Assembly (NCBI GenBank): GCA_965112735.1
Contig: OZ218951.1
Location: forward strand, 4,464,001-4,528,000
Length of the DNA stretch: 64,000 nt
DNA from: Phaeosaccion multiseriatum
Taxonomy: Eukaryota > Protista > Ochrophyta, other classes
Direction: 5' to 3'
Positions 10,706 to 23,501 of this stretch are shown here, in pieces. Under the pieces are notes generated by a model. The model was not told the origin of the DNA. It did no database searches and was given only the letters and a program-made list of their open reading frames with translations. The stretch's first letter is position 1. Each line of letters begins with the position of its first letter. A program made the translations under genes and the position numbers.

Positions 10706-12433
10706 CGCCCCCCTCCCCTCTCTTGTCTCTTTCTGCAGGGAGGTTGGTCTGCTGGCGAAGGAGTACATGGACAAAGGCGCACTCGTGCCCGATCAAGTCG
10801 TCATAGGTCAGGCACTGGCCTACTAAGAGGGGGGAGGGAGGAGAGCAAGAGTGGAGGGAGGGAGGGAGGAGTGAAGGTGGTGGGGGAGCTGGGTGAGGCA
10901 AAAGCGGTATCTAGACATCGTAACACAGAAATCTCATTTCCATCGCGATGTCGCGTGTTTGGTTTTCAACCCTTCGCTAAACTCCTCTGCCTGTCTCTTC
11001 TGCTGCTCTCCCTCCCTCCCTCCCTCCCTCCCTCCCTCCCTCCCTCCCTCCCTCCCTCCCTCCCTCCCTCCCTCCCTCCCTCCCTCCCTCCTTCCTTCCC
11101 TGGCTGGCTGTCACGGGCTGTCTTGTCGCATAGGTGCGGTGAAGGAGCGTCTGTCCCTGCAGGACTGCCTGTCCAAGGGGTGGTTACTGGACGGCTTTCC
11201 GCGCACACGAGCCCAGGTAGGTAGGGTGGTAGGACAAAGGGACGACGGTAGAGACATTCGTCAAGATCACAATGCCGATATCGTAGCCAAACCCGACAAC
11301 CCAACCTATTCAGTCACCAAGGACTCCAACCAAAAAAACGATTGCCCAACTCACAAACTTACGCACTCGATTACTCACCCACTCACTCACTCACTCACTC
11401 ACTCACTCACTCACTCACTCACTCACTCACTCACTCACTCACTCACCCAATACTCACTCACTCACTCACTCACTCACTCACCCACTCACTCACTCACTCA
11501 CTCACTGACTGACTGACTGACTGACTGACTGACTGACTGACTGACTGACTGACTGACTGACTGACTGACTGACTGACTCACCCACCGCACCCACCCACTC
11601 ACTCACTCACTCACTCACCAACAGGCTGATGCGCTGCGGCAAGCGGGGGTGAGCGTGGACCGCTTTGTGTTTCTGGACGTGCCCGACGAGCTCATTGTGG
11701 AGCGTGTGGTGGGGCGGCGCATGGACCCCAAGACCTCCAAGATCTACCACCTCACCTTCAACCCGCCGCCGGACGAAGAGGTGGCAAGGAGGTAGGGCTG
11801 GGGTTGAGTGGGGGTATTGATGAAGAGAGCAGAGAGCAGAGAGTAGGAGAGGAGAGAAGAGAAGGGGTAAAGAGCAAGAGAGCGAGCGACAGACAGAGAC
11901 ACTAAGCCATGTTTCCCATATCGAGGGCGGCAACAAAGTTGGTTTGATTTGCGCATGGATTCTTGTGTTGGCACCATCCATCTGTGCCTTGCTTCTGTTT
12001 TATCAGAGTACTTCCCATAGGTAGCTGACTGACGCTGCTGAGCTTTGCTCTTGTTTCGCCCTTGCTTGGGCCGTGCGTGCGCGGTGCGTGCGTGCGTCCA
12101 GACTGGTGCAGAGAGCCGACGACACGGAGGAGAATGTCAAGCCGCGCCTTCGAAACTTCCACAGCAACCTCAGCCCCATCCTGGACGTCTTCAAGCAGGT
12201 ACGTTCCTTCGTTGACTTAGTGTGGAGCGGCAGCTACCTTTCTCCGCCTCCTGCTCCTTCTCCTCCTCCTCCCTATCTACTGTTTGAAATGCTGGCTGCG
12301 ACTGTTTTGTGCCTACCTGTGCGCCTCCTCCTCTTCTCACCAGGAGCTCGTGCGTGTGGAGGGCTCAGGCAACAAGCACGCCATCTTCAAGGCCATCACC
12401 GCCGCGCTGGACTGCATCAAGCCCAACAGGTAG
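10222..12433 (+). CDS. Adenylate kinase module, copy 1; either stand-alone (TAG at 12431-12433) or spliced from 12429 into the downstream multidomain kinase
   Basis: Exons 10222-10273, 10395-10449, 10552-10590, 10739-10806, 11134-11216, 11625-11791, 12102-12198, 12344-12429/12433. Motifs: P-loop GAPASGKGTQC, '[10 protein letters not shown]', 'GALVPD', 'WLLDGFPRT', LID '[13 protein letters not shown]', 'QRADDTEE'. Confidence 0.85.
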
Positions 12434-12613
12434 GCAGGTTGGTGCTCCACCATGCCCCTTCCTCCTCCCCTATGCTTAATTGAAGAACGGCATACGTACT
12501 TGCACTCACTGACTTGTGCTCGAGGAGGTCTGATGAAGATGATGCACTGACTACTCTCTAACTGGAGTCTCTAAATGCATGGTACTAGGGCATTGAGTGG
12601 AGCGACTCGTCCA

Positions 12614-15600
12614 ATGCAGCGCAGCGAGGGGCTGCAGCTCGTCATCGCGGGCGCCCCTGCCTCAGGTGGGTGGCAGTGGAGGGGCACTAGGCGGTGGGAT
12701 GGCAGTAGATGGGCACTAGTAGGTGGGATGGCAGTGGACGCGCACTACGGGGGGCAAGCAAGCGCCAAAGCAAGCTCTGACTTGAGCGACTGCCTCTCGA
12801 TTTCCCCTTCCCTCTTCCCTCTTCCGTCCTCCCTCGACCTACACTCGCTGGCTGCTCGATGTTCTCTATAACGCAGGGAAGGGCACTCAATGCGAGATGA
12901 TGGCGGTGCACTACGGCCTCGTTCATCTCAGGTGTGACTGAGCGTATTCAAACTAAAGTATCACCAACAAATAGCTCATCCCTCGCTTCTCTCTCCCCTC
13001 TCCTTGCTTCTATCCTCTTTCGTTATTCTCTCCTCTCCAGCACGGGCGACATGCTTCGAGCTGCCGTGGAGGCGGGAACGTAAGTTGCTTTCGATGAGGT
13101 TAAATCTACAACTGAGATCACCTGACTATCTTCCCTCTCTCCTCTCTCTCTCTTCTCTCTGTGTCTTGTCTCTCTCTCCTCTCTCTCTTTCTTCTCTCTC
13201 TCTCCTCTCTCTCTCCTCTCTCCTCTCTCTCTCTTCTCTCTCTGTCTTCTCTCTCTCTCTCTCTCCCTCTCTCCCTCTCCCCGCCCCCCTCCCCTCTCTT
13301 CTCTCTTTCTGCAGGGAGGTTGGTCTGCTGGCGAAGGAGTACATGGACAAAGGCGCACTCGTGCCCGATCAAGTCGTCATAGGTCAGGCATTGGCCGCCC
13401 AAGAGGGGGGGGGGAGGAGAGCAAGCGTGGAGGGAGGGAGGGACCCCTCGCTGATCGCTGCTGGTACTTAGCTGTTCTTCTCCCCCTTTCGCCTCTGCCC
13501 GTCTTTTTGCCCTCCCTCTCTCCTTCCTTCCTTCCCCCCCTCCTTCCTTCCTTCCCTGGCTGGCTGTCACGGGCTGTCTTGTCGGACAGGTGCGGTGAAG
13601 GAGCGTCTGTCCCTGCAGGACTGCCTATCCAAGGGGTGGTTACTGGACGGCTTTCCGCGCACACGAGCCCAGGTAGGTAGGGTGGTAGGACGAAGGAACG
13701 ACGGCACCTTGACGACGGTTGCAGTCGTGCAGACACAGAGACGGCAGTCAAGATCCCAGTGCCGATGAGGTCGGCTTCTCACTCACTCACTCACTCACTC
13801 ACTCACTCACTCACTCACTCACTCACTCACTCACTCACTCACTCACTCACTCACTCACTCACTCACTCACTCACTCACTCACTCACTCACTCACTCACTC
13901 ACTCACTCACTCACTCACTCACTCACTCACTCACTCACTCACTCACTCACTCACTCACTCACTCACTCACTCACTCACTCACTCGCTCACTCACTCACTC
14001 ACTCACTCACTCACTCACTCACTCACTCACTCACTCACTCACTCACTCACTCACTCACTCACTCACTCACTCACTCACTCACTCACTCACCCACTCACTC
14101 ACTCACTGACTGACTGACTGACTGACTGACTGACTGACTGACTCACCCACCCACCCACTCACTCACTCACTCACTCACCAACAGGCTGATGCGCTGCGGC
14201 AAGCGGGGGTGAGCGTGGACCGCTTTGTATTTCTGGACGTGCCGGACGAGCTCATTGTGGAGCGTGTGGTGGGGCGGCGCATGGACCCCAAGACCTCCAA
14301 GATCTACCACCTCACCTTCAACCCGCCGCCGGACGAAGAGGTGGCAAGGAGGTACGGCTGGGGTTGAGTGGGGGTATTGATGAAGAGAGCAGAGAGCAGA
14401 GAGTAGGAGAGGAGAGAAGGGGTAACGAGCAAGGGAGCGAGCGACAGACAGAGACACTAAGCCATGTTTCCCATATCGAGGGCGGCAACAAAGTTGGTTT
14501 GATTTGCGCATGGGTTCTTGTGTTGGCACCATCCATCTGTGTGCCTTGCTTCTGCTTTATCAGAGTACTTCCCCTAGATCGATGCTGCTGAGCTTTGCTC
14601 TTGTTTCGCCCTTGCTTCGGCCGTGCGTGCGCGGTGCGTGCATGCGTCCAGACTGGTGCAGAGAGCCGACGACACGGAGGAGAATGTCAAGCCGCGCCTT
14701 CGAAACTTCCACAGCAACCTCAGCCCCATCCTCGACGTCTTCAAGCAGGTGCGTTCCTTCGTTGACTTAGTGTGGAGCGGCAGCTACCTTTCTCCGCCTC
14801 CTGCTCCTTCTCCTCCTCCTCCCTATCTACTGTTTGAACTGCTGGCTGCGACTGTTTTGTGCCTACCTGTGCCCCTCCTCCTCTTCTCACCAGGAGCTCG
14901 TGCGTGTGGAGGGCTCAGGCAACAAGCACGCCATCTTCAAGGCCATCACCGCCGCGCTGGACTGCATCAAGCCCAACAGGTAGGCAGGTTGGTGCTCCAC
15001 CAAGCCCAACCGGTAGGGAGGCAGGTGCTCCTTCCTCCTCCCCTATGTTCACTTGAAGAACGGCATACGTACTTGCACTCACTGACTTGTGGTGAGGAGG
15101 TCTGATGAAGATGATGCACTTACTTGCCGAAGCACGTGTGTGACACAAAACCGAACATCCAACAGGTGCAGTGTGGTGTTTGTGCTCGGGGGGCCGGGGA
15201 GCGGCAAGGGAACGGTATGCCAAAAGATTGTGGTACGTAAGCCTACGTAAGCATACGAAAGCGTACTTCGTGTGATGTGGTGTGATGGGGTGAAGTATGT
15301 GTGTGATGGTGCGTGTGCTAGCAAGGGAGAGTTTTTTTTTTTTTTGCTTATAGGAATCAACCGACGGACAGTAGCAGAAGAGTGTTCTGAAACTTGGGTA
15401 TCACTGGTTGGGGTGTACCAGGATGGGTCACAGGCACACACGCACACACACTCAACTCACGCACTCCTTCACTCACTTCCCCACTCCCTCCCTCCCTCCC
15501 TCCCTCTCTCTCTCTCTCACTCACTCACTCGCTTCGTGAAGGAGGAGTTCGGTTACATACACCTTTCGGCAGGAGAGCTGCTGAGAGAGGAGCAGGCGAG

Positions 15601-18600
15601 GGGCGGAGAGCAGGCAGACATGATCAGCACCTTCATAAAGGAGGGAAAGGTGAGGGTGAGAGCAGGAAGGGAGGGTGTGCGCAGGATGGGCGTATACTTA
15701 ACAGTCTAAGCGCTCTCTGCTGCTGCGTTGAGGCGAGAGAGAGAGAGAGAGAAAGAGAGAAAGAGAGAGAGAGTGTGACAGCACACAGAAGAGCGAAGGA
15801 GAGCCAGCGCCAGCACTGCTCCATACCAGAAGGGTAAGCATCCTCCAACTCCCTCTCCCCCCCCCTCTCTCTCCAACCCCCCACCCCCCCCGCTTCAGAT
15901 CGTCCCGGTTGCGGTGACGTTGGGTTTGATCAAGGCAGCAATGGATCGGTGCGGCAGTGGGGGGCGCTTCCTCATCGACGGCTTTCCGAGGTCTTTGGAT
16001 AACTTGCAAGGCTGGTTCGAGGTACGGTCTGCGTGTGTGTGTGCGTGCGTGTATGTGGTCGTAGTCGTCTTGTGTGCACCCTAGCTGTCCACTCGCCCAC
16101 CCCCTCACCCACACGCCCGCCCACCCACCCACCCATCCACCCACCCACCCACCCACCCACCCATCCACTCACCCATCCACCCATCCACCCGCCCACCCGC
16201 CCGCCCACCCATGCACCCACCCACTCACCACTCATCTGCCCACCCACTACTCGCTCACTCACCCATCCACTCACCCACCCACTCACCCATCCACTCCCAT
16301 CCACCCACTCACCCACCCACTCACCCACCCACTCACCCACCCATCCATCCACACACCCACCCACCCATCCACTCACCCATCCACCCATCCACCCACTCAC
16401 CCACCCACTCACCCACCCACTCACCCACCCACTCACCCACTCACCCACCCATCCATCCACTCACCCACCCACCCACTCACCCACCCACCCATCCACACAC
16501 CCACCCACCCATTCACTCACCCATCCACCCATCCACCCACTCACCCACCCACTCACCCACCCACCCACTCACTCACCCACCCCACCCAACCACCTACCCT
16601 ACCCTACCTACTCTACCCTACCTACCCTACGCAACAAGGTCATGGGGGAGAGCGTGGAGGTGTCAATGGCACTGTACCTTGACTGCCCCGAAGACACAAT
16701 GCTGACTCGGCTGCTGCATAGGGGTAAGAACAGTGGGAGGGCCGACGACAACGAGCACACCATCAGGTCAGTCAGAGTAGCAGAGGAGTTGGTGATGCAG
16801 TAGAGCAGTCCTGTGAGTACAAGAGTGTAGAGTGAGTAGAACAGTAGAGAGAGTAGAGTGCCCCTTCTCGTACCTGCCTTCGCCTTCCGCACCCACACCC
16901 TCACCCACCACACCACTGCTTTATGCATCCTCGCCTCCTGCACCAACACACCACCACTGGCATATGGCATGACTATGGCTGCCACCTGGCCGCAGGAAGC
17001 GCTTCACCACCTTCCGAAGCACTACCATGCCTGTGGTGGAGGCCCTTGCCCGCCTGGGGAAGGTCCGCTCGGTTTCCGCTGCCTCATCTTCCCCTAAGGT
17101 CGTCATGGCTGGAGTCAGGCGCCTCTTCCGCGGCCTTGCTCTCCTCCCGCCTTCAGAGCGCACCCTTTGTCTCATTACTACACCAACAGCAGCAGCGGGG
17201 GCGGGGGCGAGGGCGGGGGTAGAGGAGGGAGAGGAGGAGGGGGAGGAGGAGAAGGAGGTGCTAGCAGCACTGGGGCAGCGGGGGTTTGCGGTGCTTGGGT
17301 CGATGAAGAGGAGACTCTCCAACGACGAGGCGCAAGCACTTTACGCAGAGTATCGCGGCAGGTATGTATACATGTATAGCTGGGGTGTGTGTGTGTGTGA
17401 ATGCGCGTATTTGCGCATTATATATGGCTGCATCGAGTCAGTCCTTCATACCACCAACCGACCCGATCAACGCTCCTTCCGAGCGCCTCTCCTTGCGTGT
17501 CCCCCCTGACTGATTGAGTGACTGACTGACTGACGGACTGACTGACAGACTGACTGACTGGCTGACTGACTGACTGACTGACTGACTGACTGACTGACTG
17601 ACTGACTGACTGACTGACTGACTGACTGACTGACTGACTGACTGACTGACTGACTGACTGACTGACTGACTGACTGACTGACTGACTGACTGACTGACTG
17701 ACTGACTGACTGACTGACTGACTGACTGACTGACTGACTGACTGACTGACTGACTGACTGACTGACTGACTGACTGACTGACTGACTGACTGATTGACTG
17801 ACTGACTGACTGGCTGACTGACTGACTGATTCACTGCCTGACTGGCTGGCTGACTGTCTTCGTCACTTTAGGCTGTGTCTTCCCTCTTTTATCGGACTCC
17901 GTTTGGCTCTATACCCCGCGCCCCTCCGTCCACCCCGTATCCCATCCCACGGTCTGCTCCATCCTTCTTATCCTCCGTGCTGCTCCATCCTTGTCCTCAA
18001 ATACACGCCCACACACACACATACACACACGTACACGTACACGTACACAAACAACACACAAGGCCCTGCTTCGCGACTCTGGTGGAGCGAGCGTCGCATG
18101 GTCCTGTGCGGGCAGTGTGCTTGGAGAAGGCAGGGGCCATCGCCAGTCTCAGGGCCCTCGCGACAGGCGAAGAAGAAGAAGAAGAAGGAGGAGGAGGAGG
18201 AGGAGGAGGAGGAGGAGGAGCGCACCCGCAGCAGCAGGGAGAAGGAGAGAGCTTACCGCCCTTGAGCCCGAAGCTGAGGGCCCTTATGCAGTGCTCACAA
18301 GACACTTGTGCGGCACTCAGAGAGCTCTCCTTCTTCTTCTCCCAGCGACGGTGAGTTAAAGCAGGGCAGTTGTGAGAGGTGGAGCCGAACGTTTCGACGG
18401 ATACATTGTATATGTCTGTTAGTGAGAAGGAGATGTTTTGTGTATTTCGAGAGAACCGTGGAGTGCCTTCCTTCTTTTGACATCGGTGGTTGGCACTCCA
18501 TGGATAGCTCCGCCTCCTCCATCTGAACACCTCGAGACAGCGTGACACCGAGTACGCTTCTCCACACGGCCTGACATCGAGTGCGATACCAGTCTCTCTA

Positions 18601-20153
18601 TGTTGAAAGTCGAGAGAGCCATGCAGTGCCTTCCTTCCTTCATAGCTACCCGATCGATGGCACTTCATGGACAGCTTGACTTTCAACAGGACTCGACGGG
18701 CATACTCCCTTGGCATGTGTCTTGGAGCCACCTCTCGCCTCATGTTTCCACACAGACAACAACGGAACCACGCTCGCTCGCTCGCCCCTAATGCTTGCCC
18801 TCCTGCACCCCTCCTCCTCCCTTCTGACAGAAGCCTCAAGGAGGAGAGCACGTTGGCCATCATTGAGCCTGATACGGCGGCGCTGCACTCCGGTTAGGCC
18901 TCGAGGCGGGCGGGGGGGGGGGGGGGGGGGCGAGGAGTGAGGAGTGAGGCAGAAGGGGCAAGAGAGAGAGGGAGTGGGGTAGAGAGCGCCCTCGCAGAGC
19001 AGAGGGCAAAGCATTTCAGGAGAGTGAGACTCATGTTCGTCCTTTCCTTCCCCTCCCTGGCTGTGTCCTTCCCCTCCCTGGCTGTGTCCTTCCCCTCCCT
19101 GGCTGTGCAATCACCATACACTAGAGGCCATTTTGGACATCCTCGCATCGAGGGGCTTTCAAGTGGTGCAGCGGTTACAGAAAACGATGCCCTTGTCACA
19201 AGCGAAGGAGTTTTTCGCCCCCTCCTGCGACAGCGACAACGACAGTACCCCGACAGTGACCGCTTTCGAGTCTCTATGCAGCGGACCTTGCGAGGTCAGT
19301 GAGTCAGTAAGAGGGGGATGGATGGTGAGGAAGGAAGGAAGCAAGCAAGCAAGGGGAGGGGGGGACACAGGCCTGCATTGATTGGAAACGAAGCAAACAC
19401 CTTCATTGCTGCGTCTTTGTTCCCGAGGGCGAGCGAGTGGCGGGTATAGATCCAACGCATCCAGCCTTTCTTCCCCTTCCCTTCTCTTTGGTACAAACCT
19501 ACCCTTCTCCCTTTCTCCACCTCTCTCCCTCTAGCCTTTCTTACCTTCCCCTCTTCTATTTCTCTTCCTCTCGGCTTGCTTACTTTATCCTCCTCTCTTT
19601 CTATACCTCTCTACCTGGAGCCTTACCCTCTTCTCTTTCACTATCTCCTCGGCTTGCTTGCTGTACCCTGTTCACTTTCTCTACCTCTCTGCCTCTACCT
19701 CTCCTCTCCTCTCCATCCCTGTGATACAGATTGTACAGTTACAGCGAGAGGGAGCCGTCAACTCTCTCCTCAGCCTCTTAGGGAGCCGTGAGAAGAATGA
19801 CTCCCTGCGAGGCCTCTATAGCCCTGGCACTGAAACTGGTACTGCAACTGGCACTGCAGCTGGCACAGGCGAGCGCCACCCCCCTTTGTGGGTAAGCAGC
19901 GGACCTGTCGCCGCAACTCGGGAGTGTATGTTCTGGTTTCCGACCCTACCTCAACGCACACGCGCACACACACAAGCAGCAGGCAGCGACGGCGGCACTG
20001 GCGGTGGTGGGCGAGGGGCGGGGGGGGCAGGGCAAGACGACACGGCTGAGGAAGAGCAGGTATGGAATCTTGATTGTTTGCTATACACAGTTGGATAAGT
20101 CGAGGAGTTTGGGTGATCATCTTCTGCGGCTGACGACTTACTACCATGACATG

Positions 20154-20197
<44 letters not shown>

Positions 20198-20476
20198 GTG
20201 CGTGTGTGCGCGTGCGCGCGTGTGTATTGTGTTTTGTATGTGCATGTATGTATGTGTGTGTACATGCGTGCGGCCCGCTCATGGTAACCAACCCCATCGC
20301 CATGCGCGCAGCAGATGCTTCGCTACCTCCGCGACAACGTGGACAACGTCCTGGCGCCTCTTCTGCAGCGCATCCTGGCCAAGCGGCCGGCAGATGTCCG
20401 GGCCTTCATCCAACAAGATCTCCTGCTCGGGTCTGGGGGGAGGAGTAGCGAGGAGGACACCAAGGCGTCCGGATGA
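12614..20476 (+). CDS. Multidomain nucleotide kinase: adenylate kinase (copy 2) + UMP-CMP/AK1-type kinase + two degenerate NDK domains + Dpy-30/RIIa-like motif
   Basis: ADK exons 12614-12665, 12877-12931, 13041-13079, 13315-13382, 13590-13672, 14185-14351, 14652-14748, 14894-14979. A phase-2 splice leads to 15166-15232 ([12 protein letters not shown]), then 15542-15649 (HLSAGELLR), 15899-16021 (FLIDGFPR), 16639-16766 (SGRADDN), 16996-17361, 18063-18350, 18831-18892, 19125-19294, 19730-20059 (NDK-like 'ERTLCLI', 'STLAIIEPD', 'RELSFFF', 'RECMFWFP') and 20315-20476 ('[25 protein letters not shown]'). Confidence 0.8.
13781..14177. repeat. Compound (ACTC)n(ACTG)n microsatellite in ADK intron; paralogous tract at about 11370-11618
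   Basis: Directly visible; ends just before the 3' splice site. Confidence 0.9.
17508..17856. repeat. (ACTG)n microsatellite, intronic
   Basis: Directly visible. Confidence 0.9.
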
Positions 20477-21038
20477 TAATAATGAGGATAGAGACAAAGG
20501 ACGACGACGACAACAACGACAAGGACGAGTGCTCGGCGGGACTGCTGACTTGTGACCCTTGACCTCTACCTAATTCAAAATGAGATGCGTGTCAAGAGCG
20601 TGCGATTGGGCTCGAAGGGCGAATAGCGCAGCTATCGGCGATGGCTCAATAGCACGTCAGGGTTCAAGTGTGCTAGTTATTAATCACCCGACTCGTACGA
20701 GGGGTGCAGGTGCACCTATGTGGTGGGATTGACCCTCGCGTGCGGGGGGATAGTTTTGTGCTAGGCGCGCAATACTACAGACCTGGTGCAAGAAGGTATT
20801 TTTTTGGTTCGAGACTGGCGACGGTTTGAGGGAGATGGTAAAAGAGTGGGGAAGAGAGAAGGAAGAACGTTTCCCTCGGACTGGGGAAGACGTCCTTGGA
20901 TCCGCTTCCCATAGCTTATATTCTCCGCCCTCTTCTATTTTCTACATTTGTTACAAGGGGAGGAGGAACACCCATGACGCGTTCCTCTTCTCCTCTTCGT
21001 CATGAGCGTCAGAATCAAGTCACTTCCCACCATCGCTG

Positions 21039-21672
21039 TCACCAATCAGAAGAGTTGCTGCTGAGTGAGTCAATGATGCCGACCACGTGCCGAATACTGT
21101 CCTCCATGAGCTGCAGCCTCAGGAAAGATGGGGTTGCAACACCTCCTCCACCATCCGCCTGCACCTCCGCCTCCCGCCGCCCTTCTCCCTGTTGTTGGTG
21201 CTGATGACGCCCATCACCCGGCCTTTGTGCTCCCTGTTGTGCCATTTGTGCTCCTCCGTCTCCGTCTCCCTCTCCCTTGGCCTCGTCAGGAGGTCGCCGT
21301 GGCACCAACTGGTCAGGATTGTGCCCGGCCTGGCTTGTAGTCGTTGAGAGCAGTTTCAGCAGTACGTCCCTGTCCATCTGCAGCAAGCCCCTCCCCGGGG
21401 GGCTGCGGGGTCTGCCCGCACCACTACTCTGCAGGGGGTGGTGGCCGCTCAGCATTCCCAACAGGCCTCCCCTCCCGTCGCCTTGCGTAGCATCTCGGTC
21501 GCCGCTTCTCGTCTCTTGTGCGACTCCCACCACCACCTCTTCCACGTCCACTGCCACCGCGCCGGACTTCGCTGTGACTGTTGTCACCCCGCCCTCGCCC
21601 TCCTCTCCCCGCCCCGCCGTATCACCAACTGTTGTACCACCACCACTACTATTACTACTACTTCTCCTTCTG

Positions 21673-21754
<82 letters not shown>

Positions 21755-23466
21755 CGAGTAGCTGCCGGTCTGCGCTGAGGCAGAACTGATAGCAAGTGAG
21801 TACGGCCATGACCCTGTCTGCCTTGTCCACGAGCTGGCTGGGGCTGCCGAATGAAGGGCTCCCAACAAGTTTCAAGTGGTGCCGTACAAACCCTGCCACT
21901 CGCTCCGACAGGAAGGGTGTGCCCTTTGCGGCCACCTCTTCATCTCCCTCTTCTTCTTCTTCTTCATCTTCTTCTTCTTCTTCTCCTCCTCCTCCTCCTC
22001 CTCCTCCTCCTCCTCCTCCTCCTCCTCCTCCTCCTCCTCCTCCTTCGTTTTCTTCTTCTGGACTCACTCGCACTACTGTTGCTGCATCACCAACGCCTGC
22101 TGGTGCTCCTCTTCCTGCTGCAGCAGCAGCAGCTGCTGCTGCTGAGCGATACTCGAGCACGGCCGCGCCGACTTGGCGTCGGAAGCAATCAAGCAGCACA
22201 CCTTGGGCATTGGCAAAGGGACATTTGCTCAGGAGGACCTCCAGCAGAGAAAAGCGAGGCAACGGTGCTACCCGAGAAATCACCTCCACAAGCACTGTAT
22301 GCCCCATGTTCCGGACCGTCGGGTCAGAGCAGCTGACTATCACATTGATGAGTAGCTGCAAGTCGCCCTCCCCCTCCTTCCTCTCTCTCCTGCTCGTCCA
22401 GATCCACGCACTATTGCCGTCTTCTCTTCTCCTCCCCCCCCCCACCCCTTCCCTCCTCCTCCTCTTCCTCCCCAGCTGCGATGGCACCCTCTGCAGCCCA
22501 GACGCCACCGCCAGACGGGCCATTGCCACCGCCCGCTGAGCATGCACCATGCTGCCAGCGCCCTCCGATGCGTGCTTGAGGAGCACACGCACTTGCGGCC
22601 ACAACAAACCCCAACGAAACGCCATTGAGTATACCAGCGGCAAGCAGGTAGTGGTGGTGGTGGTGGTGCTGGTGGTGGTGCCCGTGGTCGCCTGTTCCGT
22701 TCTCACCTCGGCCCCTACCCCACCTAACTTATCCACCGTCGTGCCACCACAGTCTCCACCGTCGGAGAGAGCGGTAACGAGCGCGAAAGTGGCGATTGCG
22801 AGCTCGCTCCAAGGGAGCGGCCCACGCACCGAGAGGGCGCCCAGAGAGAGTGCACCAGCGTCCTCACTCTCAGTGTCATCCCTTTCTTCTTCTTCGCCGG
22901 TTCGAGAAGAAGCGGCAGCAGCAGCACCTCTGTTGCGCAGAGACTGACGCAAGAGATAGGAGTACTGCACGCCGCTGTCCCTCAGCAACACACGGCACAC
23001 TTGCATCAGCGGAGTCGGCGGAGGCGCAAACAGCAAAGAAGAAGGAGGACGACTCTCGGCCCGAACCTGGCCCTGCCCCTGACCCTGACCCTGACCCTGA
23101 CCCTGACCGCCGCTCGAGGTAGTGTCGCGTCGTCCTCCCTCGTCTTCCCAGTGCTTGGCAAGCGCGAGGAGGAGCTCCAAGCAATACCCTACACAGAGCT
23201 GCTGTACTTGAGCCAGTTTGCCCTCAAGTTTCACGCGTTCTTCTTCTGCGTCCTGCTCCTCTCCCCCCCCCACTACTTCTTGCGCCATTGCCTCCTCCCC
23301 CTTTTTCACGCAGCGGAAAAGGCCTCTCGCCAGTTGCAAGGCCTCAGAGATGACATCTGAAAGAGCCCCCTCGTCGCAGGGGAGCGGCCCGGTCTCGTCC
23401 TCTTCCTCGTCACTACTGCTGTCATCCTCGTCACTACGGCTTTCTTCTTCGTCCTCTTCCTCGTCA

Positions 23467-23501
<35 letters not shown>

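Larger units (their letters stand above)
10222..15120 (+). repeat. Tandem segmental duplication of the 8-exon ADK unit (about 10222-12548 and 12614-15120)
   Basis: Exon lengths are identical in both copies (52/55/39/68/83/167/97/86). The 3' introns and downstream sequence are nearly identical. Confidence 0.9.

Noticed and set aside
13719-17834. (HSLT)n, (HP)n and (QSVS)n ORFs
   Set aside because: Intronic microsatellite artefacts.
18440-18680. Imperfect ~65-bp direct repeat (TCGAGAGA..GTGCCTTCCTTC..TGGCACT.CATGGA.AGCT) about 160 bp apart
   Set aside because: Only two degenerate intronic copies with no TIR or TSD; insufficient to call an element.
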